Positions 43,738-50,879 of a stretch of 53,008 bases of DNA are shown here, piece by piece (position 1 is the stretch's first letter; the number at the start of each line of letters is the position of its first letter). The notes under the pieces are model-generated. The model had not been told where the DNA came from. It worked only from the letters and a program-made list of their open reading frames with translations, and did not search any database. The position numbers and the translations under genes are program-made. The DNA comes from Actinomycetota bacterium (GTDB taxonomy: Bacteria; Actinomycetota; Acidimicrobiia; Acidimicrobiales; JACCXE01). The DNA is taken from assembly GCA_041166285.1 (NCBI GenBank), contig JBEEFR010000134.1:1-53008 (forward strand). The letters are read 5' to 3'.

Positions 43738-45405
43738 TCACTGTTGGTCTTCCTCCACGGCTCCCGGGAAAGCTTCGAGCAAGCGAGCCGTGCCCGAGGC
43801 TACCGGCCCGGCGTCCTCGAGTTCCGACACGTCGCCGATGTCTTCGACGACGTCTTCCTTGTCGACCGCCCGCGACGGCTCGGACCTCGTGAGGGTCGAT
43901 CCGTCGGTCACGAGCGTTAGCGGCACGCGGACGCCGAAGTGCTTGCTCAACGCCTCCTGCACGTCGAGACGGAACTCGTCGCAGCGCTTGCGGTGGATGT
44001 CGGTGGGCAGCGCGAACGTTGGCGTCGGCGCGTCGACCCAGCGACCGCCGCGGAACTTCGCCTTCACATTCGGCTTCAGCTGATCGAGGATCGTGTCGGC
44101 CCACGCCAGCGTGAGGGTTTCGCGATCGGGCAAGTCGCCTTCGGGCATCGCCGGTGCCGCTTCGGCAACGGGGGCGGGGGCCTCCGCCTTCGCCGTTGCA
44201 CGCGTCTCCATGCGCAACGACGGACGGGGTGCGCTCGGCGGTGGCGCCACGGTCTTGACGGGCTCCGCGGCCGCCACAGCTTCGGCGCGGCCGGCGTTGT
44301 CGAGGCGCCGCTCCAGCTTGTCGATGCGCTCGAGGAGCGCGGACGGGGCGACATCCAGGTCGCTACGGCATAACCGGACCAACGCCGTCTCGAGCGCGAC
44401 GCGCGCATCGACGGCTTCCTTCATCGAGGTGACGGCGTCGCCGATGACTTCGAGCGCGCGCGTCGTCCCGGCGGGGCCGAGTTGGCGTGCGTGCTCCTCG
44501 ATGGTGTCGTCGCGGGCGTCGACGTCCAACTCGGGCGCCAGCAGCGCCAGGAAACCGATGCGCAGCCGCGCCAGCAACGCCTCGCCGATCCGGCGGGCGT
44601 CGCGTCCCGACGCCAGCGCTTTCGCGGTCGCGACGAGCGCGGCTCCGGCGTCGCGCGCCGCCAGGCCCGCCACGATCTCGACGGTGGGGTCGGCTTCGTC
44701 GACGGCGCTGCCGCCGGAGGCGGCAACCTGGTCGAGCGCTGACAGCGCGTCGCGCGCCGAGCCGGCGCCGCGGCGCGCCACCACGTCGATCGCCGACGCG
44801 TCGATCTTGAGCCCGGCGTCTTTTGCGACGTCGCGCGTCAACTGCGCCAGCGTCTCCGCCGAGATCAGGCGGAACTGGTAGTGCTGCGTGCGGCTCTGGA
44901 TCGTCGACAGCACCTTCTGCGGATCGGTGGTCGCCAGCACGAACACGACGTGCGGCGGCGGCTCTTCCAGGGTCTTCAGCAGCGCGTTCGACGCGGCGGC
45001 CGACAGCATGTGGACCTCGTCGATGATGTAGATCTTCCAGCGTCCCGGAGTGGCGAGCGCCACGCGGCTGACGAGGTCGCGGATGGCGTCGATGCCGTTG
45101 TTCGACGCCGCGTCCATCTCCTGCACGTCGAGCGAGGAGCCCGAGGTGATCGCCACGCAGCTCTCACACGTGTCGCACGGCTCGCCGTCGATCGGCTTCT
45201 CGCAGTTGAGCGCCTTGGCGAGGATGCGGGCGGAGGTCGTCTTCCCCGTTCCGCGCGGGCCGCTGAACAGGTAGGCGTGGCCGACGCGGTCGTCACGGAC
45301 GGCGTTGCGCAGCGCCAGCGTGACGTGATCCTGGCCGCGAACGGCGGACCACGTCTGCGGCCGGAAGCGCCGGTACAACGACTGATAGGCGACTTCCTCG
45401 GGCAT
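43738..45405 (-). CDS. dnaX: DNA polymerase III subunit gamma/tau
   Basis: 555-aa ORF. GHAYLFSGPRGTGKTT Walker A and Cys cluster CxxCxxC. Confidence 0.95.
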   Translation of the reverse strand: MPEEVAYQSLYRRFRPQTWSAVRGQDHVTLALRNAVRDDRVGHAYLFSGPRGTGKTTSARILAKALNCEKPIDGEPCDTCESCVAITSGSSLDVQEMDAASNNGIDAIRDLVSRVALATPGRWKIYIIDEVHMLSAAASNALLKTLEEPPPHVVFVLATTDPQKVLSTIQSRTQHYQFRLISAETLAQLTRDVAKDAGLKIDASAIDVVARRGAGSARDALSALDQVAASGGSAVDEADPTVEIVAGLAARDAGAALVATAKALASGRDARRIGEALLARLRIGFLALLAPELDVDARDDTIEEHARQLGPAGTTRALEVIGDAVTSMKEAVDARVALETALVRLCRSDLDVAPSALLERIDKLERRLDNAGRAEAVAAAEPVKTVAPPPSAPRPSLRMETRATAKAEAPAPVAEAAPAMPEGDLPDRETLTLAWADTILDQLKPNVKAKFRGGRWVDAPTPTFALPTDIHRKRCDEFRLDVQEALSKHFGVRVPLTLVTDGSTLTRSEPSRAVDKEDVVEDIGDVSELEDAGPVASGTARLLEAFPGAVEEDQQ

Positions 45406-45461
45406 GGGACGAATCTACGCTGCCGGTGTGGCGAGCTTCGCATGCGCGCCGCGACGGCGCG

Positions 45462-46187
45462 TCAGCCCCCGCAGAGGACGCAGCGCCGAGGGGTTGACGG
45501 CGGCGGCATCGACGACGGGTCGGGGTCGGGAGGCGGTGCCGGAGCGGCGTTCGTGTCGGCGCGCACCAGCCGGCCCTTGACCACGTAGCGCTGGCGATCC
45601 GATCCCTTCGGGTGGCACGCGAACAGCGTGAAGGTTGCGGTGTCGGTCGCGTCGGCAATCCACGTGTCGGTTTGTGCGACCACGAACGCGTCGGTGGCTT
45701 CGTACGTGAACGTGCCGGCGTCGGTCACGAAGATCACGTCGTCGCCGGCGTCAATCAGGTCAATGTCACGGAATGGATGGGTGAAGGTGGTGCGGTGCCC
45801 GGCGACAACGATGTTGCCCAGTTGTCCCGGCGCGGCCGTGCCCTCCCAGTGTCCGGGGCCGAAGCGAAGCGTCCACGGATCGATCCCCTCGTAGACCGGC
45901 AGGTCGACGCCGATCTTCGGGATGACGATCCGCGCGTCGGCGATGGGCGGCGGCAGGGTCTCGCGCGGCGCTCCGACGGCGCGGCGCCGCAACTCCGCGG
46001 TTAGCGACGCCGGCGCGGACGGCGCCTCGCTCGCGCCGGGCGTTGGCACGGCCGCGGTCGACGGCGTCTTGTGGTGCACCGAGAGTCCGGCCCCGATCGC
46101 CGCCGGCGGCGGCGCGTGACCACACGCCGCGCCGAAAGTCGCCATCGCCAACAGCGCGACCAACGCGCGCCCTGCCCCAGACCGCAT
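45462..46187 (-). CDS. Sortase family transpeptidase (class E-like)
   Basis: 241-aa ORF with AGGAGA upstream. VAGHRTT (His), TLFACHP (Cys), later Arg. N-terminal anchor and Pro-rich tail. Confidence 0.75.
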   Translation of the reverse strand: MRSGAGRALVALLAMATFGAACGHAPPPAAIGAGLSVHHKTPSTAAVPTPGASEAPSAPASLTAELRRRAVGAPRETLPPPIADARIVIPKIGVDLPVYEGIDPWTLRFGPGHWEGTAAPGQLGNIVVAGHRTTFTHPFRDIDLIDAGDDVIFVTDAGTFTYEATDAFVVAQTDTWIADATDTATFTLFACHPKGSDRQRYVVKGRLVRADTNAAPAPPPDPDPSSMPPPSTPRRCVLCGG

Positions 46188-46291
46188 ACCACTCTCCTGC
46201 CCCAGCGTCCCTGCGCCGCAGAGCCTCGCGCGACGCCGCGTTCGCCGCCAGGGCCGAAAGACCTCAGCGGACCCGCGACATGTCGATTCGC

Positions 46292-46297
46292 TAGCGT
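46292..46297 (+). promoter_or_regulatory. Candidate -10 box (TAGCGT), leaderless geometry
   Basis: Ends 6 nt before GTG 46304. Confidence 0.35.
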
Positions 46298-46303
46298 CCG
46301 CGA

Positions 46304-49300
46304 GTGGGCAGGATTTGGGGGCGGCTCGGCGTTGCCGTTGCTCTTGTCGCGGCGGCCTCGCTCACGCCGAGGGCGAGCGCGGCAACAGCTCCTTCGCTGC
46401 GTCCCGACGGCGCGCCCGCCGTTGCGGGCATGCACGTCCTAGCGGGCAACCTGCACGATCACACCACCGACTCCGACGGCGACGCTGCGTCGGCGACCGT
46501 CGTGCGCTGGTACAAGGCGCACCACCGCGAGCTCGGGTTCGACTTCGAGGCGTTGAGCGACCATTCCGACTTCTTCCCGCTCGCACCGGAAGGCGGACCC
46601 CCGTCACCCGTGTGGGCGCGGCAAGCGAAGTTGTTGCGCGGCGAGTCGGGCGACGGCATGACGTTTTTGCGCGGCTTCGAGTGGACGAACGATCAGGAGA
46701 ACCACCTCAACGTCATCGGGTCTCGCAACTGGACGAGCCGCTTCGCGTCAGGCGACGCCGCGTTGCACATGACGCCGTTCTGGACGTGGCTGTCGACGGC
46801 GCCCGTCAACGATCCGACCGGCACGGGATTGGGCTACGGCGGCGGCGACGGCATCGGCCAGTTCAACCATCCGGGCGACAAGGGTTTCCTCAACTGGGAC
46901 GACTACGACCTCGACGCCGGCGCCGCCAAGAGGATGGCCACGATCGAGATTCCCGGCGACCGCAACAAGAACGCGCACGACCTCACCCACTCCGACGCCG
47001 GCTGGTACTGGTACGCGCTGGCGAAGGGATGGACCGTGTCGCCGACGATGAACCTCGACTTCCACGACTGGAACGCCGGGGGCGTGTTGAAGAACAAGAC
47101 GCCGGGTGCCGACTGCGGGACGCACGGCTACCTCAGTTGTCAGCGCACGCTCGTGGTGGCGCGCGACAACAGCGCGGACGCGATCCGCGACGCGCTCCGT
47201 CAGCGGCGTACGAGCGCGTCGGAGTTGCCCGACCTGTGGGCGACGCTGCGCCAGGGCGACGCGTGGCAGGGCTCGACGGTTGCCGGCGCGCCGGGCGACA
47301 CGATCACGCTCACCGTCGACGCGGGGTCAGCGACCGAGGAGTTGCAGTCGCTCGACATCGTGAGCGACAACGGCATCGACCCGCACCCGTTCTACGACGG
47401 CGACAACGTCAACTGCTCGTTGGCGAAGTGCGACCCGACGTCGTTCGTGCACACCCAGCACACGCCGAGCGTCGCGGTGCAGCACGCGCGTTACGTCGCC
47501 ACCGGCGGCCACGCCACGAAGAAGCAACGAATCGACGCGCCGCCGACGGGCTCGGTCGTCGCCACCGTGCCGTTGAGCGGGCATCGCGCGACGCGTCAGA
47601 TCACCGTGCGCGTTCCGGTCGGCAAGACCACGCGTCCCGACGGCAAGCACTTCTTCTACGCGGTCGTGCACGCGGCGGCATCGGCGCGCGCCTGGACGGG
47701 GCCGATCCTCACGAGCGGCAACCCTGCGGGCGCGTGGATCGCCGGGGACACGCACGTCCATGACGACCACTCGTCGGACGGCAGCTCGATACGCCAAGGC
47801 GTGTCGCAGGCGGCGCCGGGCAACGTGTCGGTCGCCGATCAGATCCACCAGGCCGAGCGGACGGGCCTGGGGTTCCTCACGCTGACCGACCACCGCACGT
47901 ACGACCAGCAGTGGGACCCGCTGTGGACCTCCGACAAGCTCGTGCTCGTCCCCGGCGAGGAGGCCAACGGGTCGCCGCACGCCAACGTCCACGGCGCGGC
48001 CGACGAACTCGTCGACGGCGCCAACCCCGCGGGTTCGGCGTCGTTCCGTCACGTCCAGCAGTCGATCTGGGACGTACACGCGCAAGACGCCAGCTGGCAG
48101 GTCAACCATCCCGACGACGGCGAGGTCGACGGCAAAGGCAGCCCGAACGCCAACGCCAGCGCCGTCGGCATGGACACCGTCGAAGTCTGGAACCGCGCGT
48201 CGGACCCTGAGGCCGAGATCAACTATGCGGAGAACCGGCTGAACGCCGGGTGGCGGTTCGGCTTCACGGGCGCCAGCGACGACCACTTCAAGGAACTGTG
48301 GGCGGTCGCCGGCCCCGGTCAGCCCACGACCTATGTGTTCGCGCCGACGCCGACCGAACGCGGCGTCGTCGCCGGCCTGCGCGCCGGTCACACGACCATC
48401 TCCGCCGGACCACTGGCGCCGATGGTGATGCTCACCGCTGACGCCGACGGCGACGGCGCGTACGAATCGATGGCGGGCGACGAAGTGACCGCGCTCAACG
48501 GCGCGGCCGCCACCCTGAAGGTGCGCGTCAAGCGCGGCGTCGGCACGTCGGTGTTCGTGTACTCGGCGCCGGGTCGCGCCAGGGGACCGGTGGCGGTGTT
48601 CCAACCGACGAAGCTCGACCAGTCCTTCACGCTGCCGATGGCGGCGAAGGGCAACTGGTATCGCGCCGAGGTGCGCGGCGTCGGCGGACCGTCCGGGATC
48701 GGCGACACGTCGTCGACGCCGAACAACGCGCTGCTGGCGTTGAGTTCACCGATCTTCGTCGACAACCCCGGCCATGCCGAACCGCACGCCGCCATCGCAC
48801 TGCCGCCGGCGTCGACGGCGACGGATCGCGCAACGACCGCCATCGAGACGCCGGGCGCGTTCACGGGATCCACCGACGTCGCCGACGGCAACGGCACGAC
48901 CCACGTCGTCGCCGAAACCGACGGTGCGGGTCGCGCCAGCGTCGTGTACCGGCGTCTCGGTGACGCGCCGATCACGCTGTCGGATCTCGACGCGCAAGCG
49001 CGCTTCCCGACCGTCGCCGCCGCGGGCAACGACGTGTGGGTCGCGTGGCAAGAAGAGCGCGGCGCGCAGACGCCGCACCGCACGAACATCGTGATGCGCC
49101 ACAGCGACGACGGCGGCCGCACGTGGGACGACGCGCGCAGCGTCACCACCGACGGCCACGCGCAACATCCCACGCTGGCGGCGGTGCGCGGTCGGCCGGT
49201 CGTCGCGTGGATGGACAACGCCGGTGGCGCGTTCGACGTGTTCGTGCGCGACGACGGGGCGCCCGTCAACGTCTCGCGCGAAGGCAAGAAGGTCGTCGCC

Positions 49301-49981
49301 GGGAACCCGCTCGACACGCGCTCCGCCATCTACCCGGCGTCGACGTTCCCGTCGTTGGCCGTCGGCGCGGACGGGCGCGTCGCGGTCGCGTGGGCGGACA
49401 ACCGCCACGACGTCGACCCGGGGTGGACGGGATCGACGGCGGGCGAAGGCACGACGCCCGACGACTGGGAGATTTTCACGTCCGTGCGCGCGCCCGGCGG
49501 CGCGTGGAGCGCGCCCGTCGACATCAGCAACGATCCCAAGCGCGCCGACCGCCACCCGTCGATCTCCTTCACGGGCGACGGCAACGTGCTCGTCGCCGCG
49601 TGGGACTCGAAGGAGTTGCAGGAATCGGGCGTGAACCTCGACGTGCGCTACGCCATGGCCCCACCGACGGGCCGCGGTTGGACGCATTCCTTCGTCGTCG
49701 CTGCCGACCCCGCGGCGATGAGCGAGCACCCGCAGATCGTCGCCTCCGGCGGCGGCGCCCGCGTCGTCTGGTACGACTCGCGGTCGGCCGACTGGCGCTG
49801 GAGCATCTGGTCGGCCGCCCTCACGCCGACGGGTTCCGGCACGCCGGTGCGCCTGACCGGTGCCGGCAACGCCACGTACCCGTCGGCCACGCCCAGGGTC
49901 GTCGCCTTCACCAGCGACCGCCACGCCGGCCGCATGCAGCGCGACCCCACCGAAGGCGCGTTCGTGCTCCCCCTCGGCTAG
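46304..49981 (+). CDS. Large secreted protein: two PHP-type metal-dependent phosphoesterase-like modules + BNR/sialidase-like C-terminal region
   Basis: 1225-aa ORF. Signal peptide. GNLHDHTTDSDG (aa 48-59) and GDTHVHDDHSSDGS (aa 481-494) PHP-like signatures. Asp-box SDDGGRTW (aa 934-941). Confidence 0.75.
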   Translation: MGRIWGRLGVAVALVAAASLTPRASAATAPSLRPDGAPAVAGMHVLAGNLHDHTTDSDGDAASATVVRWYKAHHRELGFDFEALSDHSDFFPLAPEGGPPSPVWARQAKLLRGESGDGMTFLRGFEWTNDQENHLNVIGSRNWTSRFASGDAALHMTPFWTWLSTAPVNDPTGTGLGYGGGDGIGQFNHPGDKGFLNWDDYDLDAGAAKRMATIEIPGDRNKNAHDLTHSDAGWYWYALAKGWTVSPTMNLDFHDWNAGGVLKNKTPGADCGTHGYLSCQRTLVVARDNSADAIRDALRQRRTSASELPDLWATLRQGDAWQGSTVAGAPGDTITLTVDAGSATEELQSLDIVSDNGIDPHPFYDGDNVNCSLAKCDPTSFVHTQHTPSVAVQHARYVATGGHATKKQRIDAPPTGSVVATVPLSGHRATRQITVRVPVGKTTRPDGKHFFYAVVHAAASARAWTGPILTSGNPAGAWIAGDTHVHDDHSSDGSSIRQGVSQAAPGNVSVADQIHQAERTGLGFLTLTDHRTYDQQWDPLWTSDKLVLVPGEEANGSPHANVHGAADELVDGANPAGSASFRHVQQSIWDVHAQDASWQVNHPDDGEVDGKGSPNANASAVGMDTVEVWNRASDPEAEINYAENRLNAGWRFGFTGASDDHFKELWAVAGPGQPTTYVFAPTPTERGVVAGLRAGHTTISAGPLAPMVMLTADADGDGAYESMAGDEVTALNGAAATLKVRVKRGVGTSVFVYSAPGRARGPVAVFQPTKLDQSFTLPMAAKGNWYRAEVRGVGGPSGIGDTSSTPNNALLALSSPIFVDNPGHAEPHAAIALPPASTATDRATTAIETPGAFTGSTDVADGNGTTHVVAETDGAGRASVVYRRLGDAPITLSDLDAQARFPTVAAAGNDVWVAWQEERGAQTPHRTNIVMRHSDDGGRTWDDARSVTTDGHAQHPTLAAVRGRPVVAWMDNAGGAFDVFVRDDGAPVNVSREGKKVVAGNPLDTRSAIYPASTFPSLAVGADGRVAVAWADNRHDVDPGWTGSTAGEGTTPDDWEIFTSVRAPGGAWSAPVDISNDPKRADRHPSISFTGDGNVLVAAWDSKELQESGVNLDVRYAMAPPTGRGWTHSFVVAADPAAMSEHPQIVASGGGARVVWYDSRSADWRWSIWSAALTPTGSGTPVRLTGAGNATYPSATPRVVAFTSDRHAGRMQRDPTEGAFVLPLG

Positions 49982-50011
49982 CGCGTCACACCCCCTCGAC
50001 AAGATGGCGAC

Positions 50012-50533
50012 ATGTGCAGCATGTGTGAAGGACAGACCATCGAAGACCATCTCGCGTGGATCGGTGACAGCATCGAGCGAGCCGGCTGGGCGCTGCAAGG
50101 CGTCGCGACGGGATCGTCCAGTAAGGACTGGGCCTACACCATCGGACTTATGGAGAACTACGACCACGCGGAGCTCGTGGTCAGTGGAGTCGACGCCACG
50201 CTGGCAAGCCGGATGCTCAACGCGATGGCGGCCGGCGTGGCGACGGGCGAGCGCTATGAACCCGGCGAGCTGATCGAGTTCGGCGACGGTGACGTCGTCG
50301 CCCGCTTCGTGAAAGTCCACCCGTCGTATTTCGCCGGTGACAAGTTCGCAATGTGGTTCAACTACTACGCGTCGACCGGCCGCGGCATGAACGTCGCTTT
50401 CACTCAGGCGGCCGTGCTCGACCCGAACTACTGCGACATGCACCAACGAGGCACCGGCTGGCTCGACCGGCCCGTCGTCACGGCCCGAACGGGCGACCGT
50501 GCGAAACGGCGCCCCAAGAAGCGTCGCCGTTAA
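50012..50533 (+). CDS. DUF4262 domain protein with polybasic tail
   Basis: 173-aa ORF. MCSMCEG..., WAYTIGL...HAELVVSG pattern typical of DUF4262. Ends RAKRRPKKRRR. Confidence 0.7.
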   Translation: MCSMCEGQTIEDHLAWIGDSIERAGWALQGVATGSSSKDWAYTIGLMENYDHAELVVSGVDATLASRMLNAMAAGVATGERYEPGELIEFGDGDVVARFVKVHPSYFAGDKFAMWFNYYASTGRGMNVAFTQAAVLDPNYCDMHQRGTGWLDRPVVTARTGDRAKRRPKKRRR

Positions 50534-50540
50534 CGAGAAT

Positions 50541-50586
50541 GCGCCCTATCGGCGCGAAATCCTTCGATTTCGAACCGATAGGGCGC
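50541..50586. terminator. Long compound hairpin between DUF4262 gene and the tRNA-Ser 3' end
   Basis: gcgccctatcgg (50541-50552) pairs with ccgatagggcgc (50575-50586). Inner stem cgaaatc/gatttcg with loop cttc. Confidence 0.65.
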
Positions 50587-50592
50587 AGTTCC

Positions 50593-50680
50593 TGGCGGAG
50601 AGAGTGGGATTTGAACCCACGGTCCCTTGCAGGACACACGATTTCCAGTCGTGCCGATTCGGCCGCTCTCGCATCCCTCC
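50593..50680 (-). tRNA. tRNA-Ser (anticodon GGA), long variable arm, CCA encoded
   Basis: The reverse complement reads GGAGGGA...CACGA-CTGGAAA-TCGTG...GGGTTCAAATCCC...TCTCTCCGCCA. 88 nt. Confidence 0.95.
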
Positions 50681-50702
50681 GGGTACTGCTTTGAGGACGT
50701 AA

Positions 50703-50712
50703 AAGGTATCCT
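50703..50712. promoter_or_regulatory. Composite divergent -10 element (AAGGTATCCT) between tRNA-Ser and ffs
   Basis: Plus-strand TATCCT (50707-50712) ends 6 nt before the first paired base of the SRP RNA (50719). Minus-strand TACCTT (50708-50703) faces tRNA-Ser. Confidence 0.4.
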
Positions 50713-50718
50713 CTGACC

Positions 50719-50860
50719 GGGTCCGACCATGCAGTGCGGCGGCCGGGACCCGCGCAACGGCATCCCCGTGAACCGAGTCAGGGCCGGAAGGCAGCAGCTC
50801 TCAGCGGATCATGCTGTGTGCCGCGGACAAGCCTGGTCGCCGCTCTGGATGGCCGGACCC
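50719..50860 (+). ncRNA. ffs: Signal recognition particle RNA (4.5S-type with extended helix 5)
   Basis: Domain IV signature GUCAGGGCCGGAAGGCAGCAGC with a GGAA tetraloop. 5' gggtccgaccat...gcggcggccggg pairs with 3' cctggtcgccgc...atggccggaccc. Confidence 0.8.
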
Positions 50861-50879
50861 AGTCGTATGGTGGGAAGCG

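Noticed and set aside
43738-45405. Programmed frameshift site in dnaX (gamma subunit)
   Set aside because: I saw no A-AAA-AAG-type slippery heptamer on the coding strand. The longest A-run I noticed is AAAAG near 44820.
45406-50592. tRNA-Ser-linked genomic island / mobile element
   Set aside because: No integrase, transposase or recombinase gene is present. I found no direct repeat of the tRNA-Ser 3' end, and the GC content looks like the rest of the window. It is kept only as a synteny oddity, not called mobile.
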